64,000 bases of DNA, taken from an uncultured delta proteobacterium. GTDB taxonomy: Bacteria > Myxococcota_A > Polyangia > Polyangiales > Polyangiaceae. The notes beneath the pieces are model-generated. The model worked only from the letters and a program-made list of their open reading frames with translations, was not told the origin of the DNA and searched no databases. Made by a program: the position numbers and the translations under genes. This document shows, in pieces, positions 1 through 9,481 of this stretch. Each line of letters begins with the position of its first letter. The first letter of the stretch is position 1. The stretch covers positions 4,736,001 through 4,800,000 of the forward strand of contig CAWAIF010000003.1 of assembly GCA_963782055.1 (NCBI GenBank), read 5' to 3'.

Positions 1-211
1 AGCCGGACACGTCCTGGGGCGTCGGGCAGGTGTCGTTGCTGGTGTCGGTGCCGCTGTCCGGCACCTTGACGACGTCCGGCTTGCTGTCCTTGCCGGCATC
101 ACTGCCCCCGCCGCCGTCGGGGTTGTCGTTGCCGCCCCCGCTACAGCCGTACGAGGCGAGCGCCACGCCGAAAGCGGCGGTACCCACGACCAGGATCTTC
201 AGTGCTCGCAT
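1..211 (-). CDS. Lipoprotein, N-terminal part only (runs off the window start)
   Basis: Manual translation gives MRALKILVVGTAAFGVALASYGC-SGGGNDNPDGGGGSDAGKD..., a lipobox followed by an acidic Gly linker. GGAGGAG RBS upstream of ATG 211. Not in the ORF track. Confidence 0.75.
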   Translation of the reverse strand, partial: MRALKILVVGTAAFGVALASYGCSGGGNDNPDGGGGSDAGKDSKPDVVKVPDSGTDTSNDTCPTPQDVSG

Positions 212-273
212 GGACGACTCCTCCGCGGCTCAGCCGCAAGCAAGGTCACCGGCTCCGGGCCGGTCCCGAATCG

Positions 274-307
274 AGGGCGCAGCGCGCCCCCTCTCTTTCA
301 TTCCCGC
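274..307 (-). promoter_or_regulatory. Candidate ECF-type promoter GCGGGAAT-N18-TGCGCCCT
   Basis: The same bipartite motif recurs at 2414-2446 upstream of the ECF sigma gene. Confidence 0.35.
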
Positions 308-309
308 CG

Positions 310-345
310 CGACGCCCGACGATCACACAATCGTCACCGGCGTCG
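310..345 (-). terminator. GC-rich hairpin downstream of the 360..1274 gene
   Basis: CGACGCC/GGCGTCG and GACGAT/ATCGTC arms; no U-tract. Confidence 0.35.
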
Positions 346-359
346 GATCGCGGCCCGGC

Positions 360-1274
360 TCACCGGGGAACGTCGCCCGCCCGGACCACCGACGCCGCCC
401 CGGTGAAGTGCGCCGGCCCGCCCTGCACCGCCAGGCGGGAGGACGTCACCGTCCCGTCCCCCACGCTCATGGCGAAGACCCCGCCGCCCGCGCCAAAGCC
501 GTACAGGGTGTCCCCCGCGTAGGCGAGGCCCTCCAGCACCTCGCCCGCCGCCAGCGGGTAGTCGCGGATCACTTGACCCGTCAACGGATCCACCTGCTGC
601 AGCACGTTCTGCGCGTCGGGGTTGGTCCAGTCCGCCAGCACCGAGACGTACGTCGCGCCGTCGGGCGCCACCACGATGTCGCAGCCCTCCTGGTCGGAGG
701 ACTGCAGCGGCGCGAAGGTGATGCGCGTGCCCTTCGTCGGGTTGAGCAGCATCAGCGATCCCGACTCGTCACCCATCAGCCGGCCCGGCTGGCTCGGCGA
801 CGACGACGGCACGAACCCGAGCGCCCACGGCGCCCGGGTGGAGAAGCGCGACACCGCGTGGCAGACCCCGGAGGACGGGTCCACCTCGTAGAGCGCCGCG
901 CGCCCCTCGTAGAAGCCGGCCGCGTACATCCGCGCCTGGGCGTTCTCGGTGATCTCGACCACCTGCAGATCGCAGCCCTGGAAGAAGACAGGCGCGGAGA
1001 AGGTGCCGCTCCCCGGCGAGAAGCGGTAGAGGGCGCGACCATCGGTGACATCGATGGCGTCCAGACCCGATGGCAGATCGCCCGCGCGCAGGGCGGGATC
1101 GCCCGACTGCGGGACCTTGCCCAGCGAGTAGTCACCGCTGCTGCATGCGGTCGCGAGCGCGGCGGCCGCGATCGCCAGCGCGCTAGCGAAGGGCGTCCGC
1201 CCGCGCGCGGAGCTTCCTCGACTCGGGAGCGAGCGTCCCCGCCGGGAACCGGCGGTCGTAGTCGTCGAGCGCAC
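360..1274 (-). CDS. Lipoprotein, probable beta-propeller
   Basis: Hydrophobic stretch ending ALATAC-SS; repeated short beta motifs (LYRFSP, LYEVDP, LQQVDP). AAGGAGG lies 9 nt before GTG 1274. Confidence 0.7.
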   Translation of the reverse strand: MRSTTTTAGSRRGRSLPSRGSSARGRTPFASALAIAAAALATACSSGDYSLGKVPQSGDPALRAGDLPSGLDAIDVTDGRALYRFSPGSGTFSAPVFFQGCDLQVVEITENAQARMYAAGFYEGRAALYEVDPSSGVCHAVSRFSTRAPWALGFVPSSSPSQPGRLMGDESGSLMLLNPTKGTRITFAPLQSSDQEGCDIVVAPDGATYVSVLADWTNPDAQNVLQQVDPLTGQVIRDYPLAAGEVLEGLAYAGDTLYGFGAGGGVFAMSVGDGTVTSSRLAVQGGPAHFTGAASVVRAGDVPR

Positions 1275-1812
1275 GGAGCGTGGCCTCCTTGTCGTTAGCG
1301 TACAACGCCTGACGCGCCTGGTCGATCGCCGCGATCTCCTCGGCGAGGGTGGAGCTGCTGGCGGAGGGCCGGGGCGACGCGGCGTGCGTCGACGCAGCGC
1401 GGCGCGGCGACGGCGCGACCGCGGCCGGCCCGGCGGGATCCTGCGGGCGCGTCGTCGTGGCGGCGGGCGGCGGGGCGGCCGGCGTCCGCGCGGTCGGCGC
1501 GGTCGGCGCGGTGGTGGTGATGGCCGGCGGCAGCGCGGGGGCGGCGGCGGTGGGCGACGGCGACGCGGGCGCGGGCGCGGGCGTCCGCTTCAGCAGATAA
1601 AGCCCCCCCGCCCCGCCGAGCGCGACGACGCCGAGCATCAGCTTCCACCCGAAGCGGTGGAGCCACGGCACCGGGCTCGGCCCGCTCACGCCGAGCGCCT
1701 CCAGCGTACGGCGTCGCGTCTCCGGCCCCGCGGCGTAGTCGCGCGCCTCGCGCAGCAGCGCGCGCTCGGTCGCGTCCTTCGTCTCCTCCAGCATCGGCTT
1801 CAGCTCACTCAC
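1183..1812 (-). CDS. Probable anti-sigma factor: single TM helix, Pro/Ala linker, C-terminal TPR-like helix pair
   Basis: GTG 1812 overlaps the end of the sigma gene. TM segment LMLGVVALGGAGGLYLL; C-terminal LAEEIAAIDQARQAL...YDRRFPAGTLAPE is typical of myxobacterial ECF partners. Confidence 0.7.
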   Translation of the reverse strand: MSELKPMLEETKDATERALLREARDYAAGPETRRRTLEALGVSGPSPVPWLHRFGWKLMLGVVALGGAGGLYLLKRTPAPAPASPSPTAAAPALPPAITTTAPTAPTARTPAAPPPAATTTRPQDPAGPAAVAPSPRRAASTHAASPRPSASSSTLAEEIAAIDQARQALYANDKEATLRALDDYDRRFPAGTLAPESRKLRARADALR

Positions 1813-2422
1813 GAGACCCTCCTCCACCGGCCCGGGACGAGCCCGGCACCGTGGCAGCATGCGCCTGCCGCGCCCGCAGCCGGGCGACACGCTCCCGAAA
1901 ATCCTCCCGCGCCCGGCGCAGCCGTGACGCGGCCGTGCCCACCGGCACGTCGATCAGCGCGGCGATCTCCGGGACCGAGAGCTGCTCGACCTCGAAGAGC
2001 ACGAACACCGCGCGCAGGTCCTCGGCCATGCCGCCGAGCACCTCCTCCAGCATCCGCGCGGCTCGCCGCCTGTCGATGAGCTCCTCCGCGCTCGGCCCGG
2101 AGTCCACCAGGGCGTCGGCGCCGTCCTCGTCGGCCGTCTCCCGGCGACGCGCCACGCTGCGGCGCGCGTGCGCGGCGACGTGCAGCGCGGTCTTGTAGAG
2201 GAAAGCGCGCTCGGCGCGCTCGGCGATCTCATCCATGCGGCGCGAGGCGGTCAGAAAGACCTGCTGGACGGCGTCGTCCACGTCGCCGTCCGGGACGCCC
2301 AGCCGCCGGAGCACGCGGGCGATCGCGTCGATATGCTCATCCACCATCGCTCGAAGCCTGTCCGCCTCGCGACGTCGCACCATTTGGGCCGGGCCCTCCG
2401 CCACCATGACCGCAGGGCACAT
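1805..2422 (-). CDS. ECF-type RNA polymerase sigma-70 factor
   Basis: Region 2 DVDDAVQQVFL...RAFLYKTA; region 4 LRAVFVLFEVEQLSVPEIAALIDVPVGTAASRLRRAR. The true start may be a downstream Met. Confidence 0.92.
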   Translation of the reverse strand: MCPAVMVAEGPAQMVRRREADRLRAMVDEHIDAIARVLRRLGVPDGDVDDAVQQVFLTASRRMDEIAERAERAFLYKTALHVAAHARRSVARRRETADEDGADALVDSGPSAEELIDRRRAARMLEEVLGGMAEDLRAVFVLFEVEQLSVPEIAALIDVPVGTAASRLRRAREDFRERVARLRARQAHAATVPGSSRAGGGGSRE

Positions 2423-2446
2423 GTCTACGATTTGAAGGATTCCCGC
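2414..2446 (-). promoter_or_regulatory. Candidate autoregulatory ECF promoter GCGGGAAT-N17-TGTGCCCT
   Basis: Matches the motif at 274-307. Confidence 0.35.
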
Positions 2447-2483
2447 AAGCGGCGCCAGCGATCACCAAATCGCCGCACCCCTC

Positions 2484-3428
2484 TCAAAACCGCACCCCCA
2501 GGCCCAGCTCGCCCAGCGCGCCCACCGGCGACGCCTCGAAGAGCACCACGTCGGGGTCGAAGACGAACCGCGGCGTCAGCACCGGCACGAAGGCCCCGAG
2601 GGCCGCCTCGATGAACACCAGCGAGGGCTCCCACACCAGCCGGGCCATCATGCCCAGGTCCAGCCAGGGCGCAGCGTGCGTCTCCGGGCTGGTCGCGCTC
2701 TGCCCCTCTCCCACCATCGCGCCCGCCTCCACGACCGCGAGCAGGTGGAAGGCGAAGGCCCGGGCGAACCGGGCCTGCACGCCGCCCACCTCCAGCCTGC
2801 CGAGGTAGCTGGTCAGGATCGCCGAAACCGGCCCGGCGCCCACCGTGCCGCTGGTCGCGTAGTGAAAGACAGCGCGCACGCGGAAGCCGAGCGGCCCCTC
2901 GCTCTCCCGCGCGAGCTCCACGAACGCCTCGCCATCGAGGGAGAGCGACGGTGCCAGGTACGTCGTCGAGGCGGCGTCCAGACCCGCGCGCCACCGCCAT
3001 CGCGCGCCCGGCGGCGGGCGCGGCGGTGGTGGTGGCGGCGGTGGTGGTGGCGGCGGTGGTGGTGGCGGCGGATGCGGACTGGCCGGCTCCACCGTGATGG
3101 CGGCGATCACCGCCAGGGCGGTGGCGACGTTCGCGCACGACGGATCGCTCACCGCGCGCGTCGTGGTGTCCGCGCCGTGCGTCACGGTGACGGTGCCGTC
3201 GTAGTCCGACCCCGCACGCACGACCGAGACGTCCAGCCGCCACGCGCCGTCGACGGCGCGCGTCGTGTGCTGCGCCCGCTCCGCGAACGCCTCCCAGAAG
3301 GCGTCCCTGGTCGGGCACCCCTCCGCGGCGCGGTAATCCAGCCGCGCCGTCGGGCCGGCCGCCCGCGCGACCGGGCCCCACGCGATCGCGGCCAGGACGA
3401 AGACGCAGCGGCACGCCCAGGCCCTCAC
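2484..3428 (-). CDS. Exported protein with polyproline linker and C-terminal outer-membrane beta-barrel-like domain
   Basis: Signal peptide ending ARA; long Pro run; alternating beta strands ending LGELGLGVRF (terminal Phe). Confidence 0.7.
   Translation of the reverse strand: MRAWACRCVFVLAAIAWGPVARAAGPTARLDYRAAEGCPTRDAFWEAFAERAQHTTRAVDGAWRLDVSVVRAGSDYDGTVTVTHGADTTTRAVSDPSCANVATALAVIAAITVEPASPHPPPPPPPPPPPPPPPPPRPPPGARWRWRAGLDAASTTYLAPSLSLDGEAFVELARESEGPLGFRVRAVFHYATSGTVGAGPVSAILTSYLGRLEVGGVQARFARAFAFHLLAVVEAGAMVGEGQSATSPETHAAPWLDLGMMARLVWEPSLVFIEAALGAFVPVLTPRFVFDPDVVLFEASPVGALGELGLGVRF
3022..3066. repeat. 3 x 15-bp perfect tandem repeat GGCGGTGGTGGTGGC
   Basis: Read directly; encodes the polyproline linker on the minus strand. 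Confidence 0.85.
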
Positions 3429-3483
3429 CGCGCGGTCGGCTCCTCGGCCCTCGGCATACGCCGAGCATACGCCGCCAGAGGCG

Positions 3484-5109
3484 CTACGCGACCTTCGCCG
3501 TCGCCGCGGCGCTCTCGGCGATGCGCGTCGCCGCGAGGCGCGCCACCGCCATGATGGTGTGCTGCGGGTTTACCCCCAGGTTGGTCGGGAAGACGCTGGA
3601 GTCCACCACGTAGAGGCCGGCGGCCTCGTGCGTGGAGAAGTCCAGGCCCACCGCGCTCGTCCTGGGGTCCGGCCCCATGCGCGCCGCGCCGAACAGGTGC
3701 GTCGCCACGAAGCCGTAGCGCCGCGCGTCGAGCGGGCCCTCGTCGATGGCCTTCGCCTCGTCGATGGACCGCATCACGCTCGGCAGGCCGAACACTCCCG
3801 GCCAGATCTCCTTCGCGCCCTGCTCGAACATGAGACGCGCCAGGACCCCGAGCGCCTTGCGCGCGTGCATCAGGTCGCTCTGCGTCAGGGAGAGCTTCAC
3901 CTTGTCGCGCCCGCCCCACCCGCTGCCGACCGTGCCCTCCGCCTCCGTGCGCACCTGCACGCCCCACACGCCGATGTTGGGGTACTCCGCGAGCCGGCGC
4001 ATCAGCTCGGTGCCCGCGCCGGGCATGCGCGCGGCCAGCAGCTCCGGCTGCATGGCGATGGTCTCGATCTTGAAGCGGTCGCTCTTGCGAAAGTGCGCGC
4101 TCTCCGCGCCCTGCGTGGTGCCGAACTCCATGTGCACCGGCTTGTCGAACACGCCGGCGAGCCCGACGCCCGGGTGCGCCTGGAAGTGCTTCCCGATGAT
4201 CTTCGAGCGCAGCCCGGAGCGGCGCAGGACGTTGGGTGTCTGGATGGTGCTGGCGGCGAGCACGACGCCGCGCCGCGCGCGGAGGGCGACGGTGCGCGGC
4301 CGGCGCCCGTCCGCCGTCACCGTGCGCGCGACGACGCCGGTGGCGCGGCCGCCGTCCACCACGATCCGCTCGACGCGGCACGAAGCGAAGAGCCGCGCGC
4401 CCAGCGCGAGCGTCCACGGCACGTACGACACGTTCATCCCCTGCTTGGCGGCGGTGCGGCAGCCCGTCAGGCACCCGCTGGAGCCGCGGCAACCGCGCGC
4501 GTAGCGGCGGATCGGGTGCGCGTCCATCCCACGCTCCCGGAAGCCGTCCAGGAGCATGCCGTTGTTGCGGCCCATGACGTCCGCCTCCGTCGGGTGGACG
4601 TTGAGGTCGTGCTCCAGCGCGTCGTAGTGCGCGTCGAGCGCCTTCATGGTGACGGTGTCGCCCAGGCCGAAGCGCGCCGCCCAGTCGTCGGTGACATCCT
4701 CCGGAACGCGCCAGGCGATGGCGGAGTTGACGACCGTCGAGCCGCCGACGCACCGCGCCTGCAGCAGCGGCATGAAGGCCCGCCCCTCGATCGCCTGCGA
4801 GCCGCCGTCGCGCATGAGCGTCCGGAAGGCCCCGAAGACGTCCTTGCCGAACTGGCGCGTCTTCACCCAGGGCCCCTCCTCCACCATCGCGACGGAGAAG
4901 CCGGCCTTCGCCAGGGTGTGCGCGGCGACCGCGCCGGCCGCGCCCGTGCCGATGACGACGTAGTCGAACGCCTCGTCCACGTCGCGCTCCAGGGCGTTGC
5001 CCTCGACGACGGACCCCTCCGGAAGTCCCTCGTCCGGGTACTGCGCGCGCGAGCGCTCGCCGCTCTCCATGTCCACACCCTCGACCTCGGTTTCAAGCGA
5101 CTCGTTCAT
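3484..5109 (-). CDS. GMC family FAD-dependent oxidoreductase
   Basis: YVVIGTGAAGAVAA FAD motif, CVGGSTVVNS, HLFGAARMG, VVDSSVFPTNLGVNPQHTIMA. ATG 5109 has a GGAG RBS. Confidence 0.9.
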   Translation of the reverse strand: MNESLETEVEGVDMESGERSRAQYPDEGLPEGSVVEGNALERDVDEAFDYVVIGTGAAGAVAAHTLAKAGFSVAMVEEGPWVKTRQFGKDVFGAFRTLMRDGGSQAIEGRAFMPLLQARCVGGSTVVNSAIAWRVPEDVTDDWAARFGLGDTVTMKALDAHYDALEHDLNVHPTEADVMGRNNGMLLDGFRERGMDAHPIRRYARGCRGSSGCLTGCRTAAKQGMNVSYVPWTLALGARLFASCRVERIVVDGGRATGVVARTVTADGRRPRTVALRARRGVVLAASTIQTPNVLRRSGLRSKIIGKHFQAHPGVGLAGVFDKPVHMEFGTTQGAESAHFRKSDRFKIETIAMQPELLAARMPGAGTELMRRLAEYPNIGVWGVQVRTEAEGTVGSGWGGRDKVKLSLTQSDLMHARKALGVLARLMFEQGAKEIWPGVFGLPSVMRSIDEAKAIDEGPLDARRYGFVATHLFGAARMGPDPRTSAVGLDFSTHEAAGLYVVDSSVFPTNLGVNPQHTIMAVARLAATRIAESAAATAKVA

Positions 5110-5548
5110 GACCGTCTCCTTGGTGCAAGCGAAGCTGGGTGAGGCCCGCGCGCTCGGCGGGGCGAACGACCTTCTCGCGCACGCCCGGCGCGGTGAAGAG
5201 GAACAGCGCGCCGAACGCCTTGAGCAGGAGCACGAGCTGCCGCACCACGTAGACCGGGCTGGAGAGCAGGCGCACCACGACGCGCTCGCGGTCGGCCGGC
5301 TGCAGCCCGCCGATGGTGCGGAGCTTCCCGAGCACGAAGAGCGGCGCGAAGGCGAGCAGCCACACCGCGGCGCGCAGGCCGAGCGCGACGCGCCCGGGGA
5401 CCTGCCGGCACGTCTCGTCCAGGCAGCCGTCGATGTCGACGATCTCGGCGCCATCGGGCACGCGCGGGTCGGCGTTGGAGGGGAACATGGCGGTGATCGC
5501 GGCGCGCGCCCAGCGGCGCTCGACGCGCGTGAGTTGGTGGATGCTCAT
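5093..5548 (-). CDS. Small accessory protein of the GMC oxidoreductase (gluconate-2-dehydrogenase subunit-3-like)
   Basis: MSIHQLTRVERR...LQPADRERVVVRLLSSPVYVVRQLVLLLKAF. ATGA overlap with the GntR stop. C-terminal part of ORF 5093..6715. Confidence 0.65.
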   Translation of the reverse strand: MSIHQLTRVERRWARAAITAMFPSNADPRVPDGAEIVDIDGCLDETCRQVPGRVALGLRAAVWLLAFAPLFVLGKLRTIGGLQPADRERVVVRLLSSPVYVVRQLVLLLKAFGALFLFTAPGVREKVVRPAERAGLTQLRLHQGDGHERVA

Positions 5549-6432
5549 GGCTTGCCTCGTTTCGTGCTCTTCGACGTGGTGGACGCCGCGCGATGCCTCC
5601 GCCGCGGGGGGGCGGGCGGCGCCGCCGGCGCCGCGGGGCGACCGGCGCGGGTCTCGATCTCCGGCGTGGCGTGGCGCGACAGCAGCACCTGGTCCATCGC
5701 CTCCAGCGCGCGGCGCACCAGCTCGCGCGCGCTCGCCGCGTCGCCCGCGCGGATCAGCTCGATGACCAGCGGGTAGTGCTCGAGCGAGCGCCGCGGCTCG
5801 TCGTAGAGCATCGCCACCAGCTCCGGCTGCTCGTCGGGGAAGCGGGCGAAGGTGTTGAGGATGAGCTCCAGCCCGACGTTGTGCGCGGCGCGGATCACGG
5901 TCCGCTGGAAGGCGATGTCCCCGCGGGCCATCGCCATCGGGTCGTCCACGTTGGCGCGCTGCGACTCGGCCACGGCCTCGAGCGCGGCGAGGTCCGCCTC
6001 GGTGTGGCGCTCGGCGGCGAGGGCGACCGCCTCGGCGGCGAGGATGCGGCGCACCTCCAGGATGGCGGCGAACAGCTCGTTGCGGGCGGGGTCCTCCGGA
6101 TCGAGGGCGCTGCCCAGCGCGCCGAGCGCGTCCAGCCCGGCGCGCTCGCGCCACGAGGCGACGACGGTACCGGCCCCGTGACGCGTGACCACCAGGCCGA
6201 GCGCCTCCAGCCGGGCGAGCGCGGCGCGCAGCGTGAGCCGGTTGATGCCGAGGGCGAGGGACAGCTCGCGCTCGGAGGGCAGGCGGGCGCCCGCGTGGAG
6301 GCGGCCGCTGAGGATCTCGCCGCGGATGCGGTCGGCCACGGCGTCGACGACGCTGGACCGCGCGATGGGCCCGAGCACCGAGATGGCGTCGGGCGTCTCG
6401 GCCGGCTCGGCCGGCTCGGCCGTGGGGGCCAA
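5545..6432 (-). CDS. GntR/FadR family transcriptional regulator
   Basis: HTH RLPSERELSLALGINRLTLRAALARLEALGLV plus an FCD domain. Start uncertain (TTG 6432 chosen; the ORF extends to 6471). Confidence 0.9.
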   Translation of the reverse strand: MAPTAEPAEPAETPDAISVLGPIARSSVVDAVADRIRGEILSGRLHAGARLPSERELSLALGINRLTLRAALARLEALGLVVTRHGAGTVVASWRERAGLDALGALGSALDPEDPARNELFAAILEVRRILAAEAVALAAERHTEADLAALEAVAESQRANVDDPMAMARGDIAFQRTVIRAAHNVGLELILNTFARFPDEQPELVAMLYDEPRRSLEHYPLVIELIRAGDAASARELVRRALEAMDQVLLSRHATPEIETRAGRPAAPAAPPAPPRRRHRAASTTSKSTKRGKP

Positions 6433-6456
6433 CGGAGGAGAGTTGATTGGGTGATT

Positions 6457-6473
6457 CACTGGTTGAACCAATT
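6457..6473. promoter_or_regulatory. FadR-subfamily operator-like palindrome CACTGGTTGAACCAATT
   Basis: TGGTT-G-AACCA inverted repeat close to the PdhR/LldR consensus AATTGGTnnnACCAATT, at the 5' end of the GntR gene. Confidence 0.65.
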
Positions 6474-6668
6474 AGCCCCCTCCGCCGAGCTGCGCAAGAC
6501 CTTTCGCAGCAAAATCGTCTTCGCGGCAAAACGATGTGTGATTTCGAGCTACGGCCGACGCGTGGAGACCCGTGCGAGGCGGCGGCCGGGCCGCGCCGGA
6601 TCGTCAGCACGCTCGCGATCCGGCGTGGCGGCTTCGGCGGCGGGGCGGGGGCTGCTACAACATCCGCC

Positions 6669-7709
6669 ATGATCGACCTCCGCAGCGACACCGTCACGCG
6701 GCCGACGCCCGCCATGCGCGAGGCGATGGCGCGGGCGGAGGTGGGCGACGACGTCTACGGCGAGGACCCCACCGTCCTCGCCCTCCAGGAAGAGGTCGCG
6801 CGCATCACGGGCAAGGAGGCCGCGCTCTTCGTCTCCTCCGGGTCGATGGGCAACCAGCTCGCCATCGCCCTCGCCACTCGCCCTGGCGACGAGGTGATCG
6901 TCGGCGAGGGCGCGCACCCCGTCTTCTACGAGGCGGGCGCCGGCCCCGCGCTGAGCGGCGTTCAGTTCGCCGTCGCCGGCGAGGGCGGCCTCTTCACCGC
7001 CGACGAGATGGAGGCGGTCGTCAAGCCGCGCGCCTACTACTCGCCGCGCACCTCGCTCGTCTGCGTGGAGAACACGCACAACCGCGCGGGCGGCCGCGTC
7101 TTCCCGCAGCGCGACGCCGCCGCCATCGCCGATCGCGCGCACGCCCTCGGCCTGGCCGCCCACCTGGACGGCGCGCGCCTCTGGAACGCGAGCGCCGCGA
7201 CGAAGACCCCCGTCGCCGACCTCGCCGCGCCCTTCGACACGGTGAGCGTCTGCTTCTCCAAGGGCCTGGGCGCGCCGGTCGGCAGCGCCCTCGCCACCAC
7301 GCGCGAGGCCGTCGAGCGCGCGCGCCGCTTCCGCAAGATGTGGGGCGGCGGCACGAGGCAGGCAGGCATCCTCGCCGCCGGCGCGCTCCACGCGCTCGCC
7401 CACCACCGCGAGCGTCTGGCCGAGGACCACGAGAACGCGCGGCACCTCGCGACCGCGCTGGCGCGCGCGCCGCACGTGACGGTGGACCTCGCCCGCGTGG
7501 AGACCAACATCGTCAACGTCGACCTGCCCGTCCCGGCCGACATCGTGTCCGCACTCGCGAAAAAGAAGGGTGTGCTCATCAGCCCCTCCGGACCGAAGCG
7601 CCTGCGCGCGGTCACCCACCTGGACGTGTCGCGCGCCGACATCGACACCGCCGCCTCGGTGCTGGCCGAAGCGGCGGCGCGCGCGGTCGCCGAGCACGGA
7701 GCGCGGTGA
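6669..7709 (+). CDS. ltaE: Low-specificity L-threonine aldolase (PLP-dependent)
   Basis: [47 protein letters not shown]. Confidence 0.93.
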   Translation: MIDLRSDTVTRPTPAMREAMARAEVGDDVYGEDPTVLALQEEVARITGKEAALFVSSGSMGNQLAIALATRPGDEVIVGEGAHPVFYEAGAGPALSGVQFAVAGEGGLFTADEMEAVVKPRAYYSPRTSLVCVENTHNRAGGRVFPQRDAAAIADRAHALGLAAHLDGARLWNASAATKTPVADLAAPFDTVSVCFSKGLGAPVGSALATTREAVERARRFRKMWGGGTRQAGILAAGALHALAHHRERLAEDHENARHLATALARAPHVTVDLARVETNIVNVDLPVPADIVSALAKKKGVLISPSGPKRLRAVTHLDVSRADIDTAASVLAEAAARAVAEHGAR

Positions 7710-8800
7710 GGCGAGCCGCCGCCGTCCTGACCGTCGTCCTCGCGGCGTGCGGCGGCGCCATCCCGCCGTACGCCACCCACTTCGCCGCCGCCGAGCGCGC
7801 CGAGTCCGCCGGACGCTACGAGGAGGCGGCGCGCGCCTACGACGCCGCCACGACCGACGCCACCGCCCCCGCGCGCGAGCGCGACCACGCACGCTGGCTG
7901 GCGGGCCTGATGTGGCTGCGCGCGGGCGACGTCGCCCAGGGCGCCGCGCACCTGCGCGCTGTCGCCGCCGGAGGCGGCCAGGACGCCCCCGAGGCGGCCC
8001 TCCGGCTGGCGCGCATCCACCTCGCGCACGGCGACCCCGCCGCGCTGGACGAGCTCGACGCCGTCGCCCTGCGCTTCTCCCAGAGCGGCGCCGCCCTCCA
8101 GGCCCTGCGCGCGCGACTCATCCAGGAGGACGAGCGCGGCCCGGAGCAGGCCCTCGCCTACCTGCACGCCATCCGGGCGAAGCTTGACGCCGGCGGCAAG
8201 ACCAGCGAGCTCGACGACTTCGTCGCGTACTCCGCCGCCGAGCGCGTGGCGCGTGCGGGCCGCACCGCCGAGGCGCGCGACGCCTTCGTCGCCGTGGCGC
8301 AGAAGTGGCCCTATCCCAAAGCCTACTTCGACGACGCGCTCTTCCGCGCGAGCGAGCTCGACGAGAAGCTCGGCCGCTACCAGGCCGCGGTCGACGATCT
8401 GCGCCGCATGCTCTCGGTGCGCGAGTCCTCGACGTTGCCCGGCAGCTACGACCGCCCGCGCTTCCCCGCCGGCGCCTTCCGCATCGCGGTGCTGCTGCGC
8501 GACCGGCTCGGTCGCCCCGACGAGGCCCACGACGCCTTCGTCCGCTTCGCGCGCGACTTCGACACCTCGGTGCTCGTCGACGACGCGCTCTGGAACGCCG
8601 CGGCCCTCGAGCGCGCGCGCGGCGACGCGGACGCCGCGTGCGACGACCTCGCCGACCTGGTCGGCGCGCGGCCGGACTCGCGCTACGTGCCGTGCGCGGT
8701 GAAGCAGTGCAAGGACATCGAGAGGCCGAAGGAGAGCCGCGCCCCGAAGACGTGCCGCGCGTACATCACGCGACGCCAGTCCGCGGAACGTCGGAGATGA
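7706..8800 (+). CDS. TPR-repeat lipoprotein
   Basis: GTGA overlap with ltaE; lipobox VLAAC-GG; helical repeats ([20 protein letters not shown]). Confidence 0.75.
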   Translation: MRRAAAVLTVVLAACGGAIPPYATHFAAAERAESAGRYEEAARAYDAATTDATAPARERDHARWLAGLMWLRAGDVAQGAAHLRAVAAGGGQDAPEAALRLARIHLAHGDPAALDELDAVALRFSQSGAALQALRARLIQEDERGPEQALAYLHAIRAKLDAGGKTSELDDFVAYSAAERVARAGRTAEARDAFVAVAQKWPYPKAYFDDALFRASELDEKLGRYQAAVDDLRRMLSVRESSTLPGSYDRPRFPAGAFRIAVLLRDRLGRPDEAHDAFVRFARDFDTSVLVDDALWNAAALERARGDADAACDDLADLVGARPDSRYVPCAVKQCKDIERPKESRAPKTCRAYITRRQSAERRR

Positions 8801-8852
8801 GATCGCGGGCCTTGCCGTGCTCGAGGCACGTCCGCCCGCCATTCACATCCTC

Positions 8853-9251
8853 TCAGTCGCCCTCTTCCTCTTCCTCTTCCTCGTCGAGGTCCTCGTCGTC
8901 CTCGTCGAGATCCTCGTCGTCGTCGAAGTCCTCCGCGTCCTCTTCGTCCTCGTCCTGGGCGACGACGCGGCCCTTCTTCTCGAACTTCACGTCGACGCCC
9001 ACCTCGCCGAGCTGCGTGTCCACCAGCTCGAAGAGCTCGTCGACGTCGTCGCCGCTCCACTCGTCGAGCATGTCGGTGATGAACTCGAAGAAATCGCCGT
9101 TGTCGAGGCGACGCTCGATCTCCTCCACCTGCTCCTCGGTGAAGGCCTCGAGAATGTCCTCGCGCAACGTCTCGGTGTCGCCCTCCTCCACCGCATCCTG
9201 CGCGGAGAGGCGAATCTGCTTCACGGCACGCTTATCGAGCACAATCTCCAT
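8853..9251 (-). CDS. Small, extremely acidic hypothetical protein (132 aa)
   Basis: MEIVLDKRAVKQ...DLDEEEEEEEGD; about 44% Asp+Glu by manual count; normal GC3-biased codon use. Confidence 0.75.
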   Translation of the reverse strand: MEIVLDKRAVKQIRLSAQDAVEEGDTETLREDILEAFTEEQVEEIERRLDNGDFFEFITDMLDEWSGDDVDELFELVDTQLGEVGVDVKFEKKGRVVAQDEDEEDAEDFDDDEDLDEDDEDLDEEEEEEEGD

Positions 9252-9293
9252 GGGGCGTCTCCGCCGGAATCCCCCGGCTCCCGTACGACAAGG

Positions 9294-9323
9294 CGAATAG
9301 GGCAACCGCGCGCACGCTGTCAA
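9294..9323 (-). promoter_or_regulatory. Candidate sigma-70 promoter TTGACA-N18-TATTCG
   Basis: Consensus -35 box upstream of the acidic protein gene. Confidence 0.45.
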
Positions 9324-9481
9324 TGCCCGCGAACCACCCCCGCGACGGAGCGGCGGCCGAGCTCCCCTCGCCCCACCCGGCTCCCGCAAACTTTTGCGGC
9401 CCGTCATGACGTCGAGGTGACGCGCCGACCGTTCGCTCCTATGCTCGTCCGGTGCGGCGCCCAGCGCGTCGCGCACGCCTC

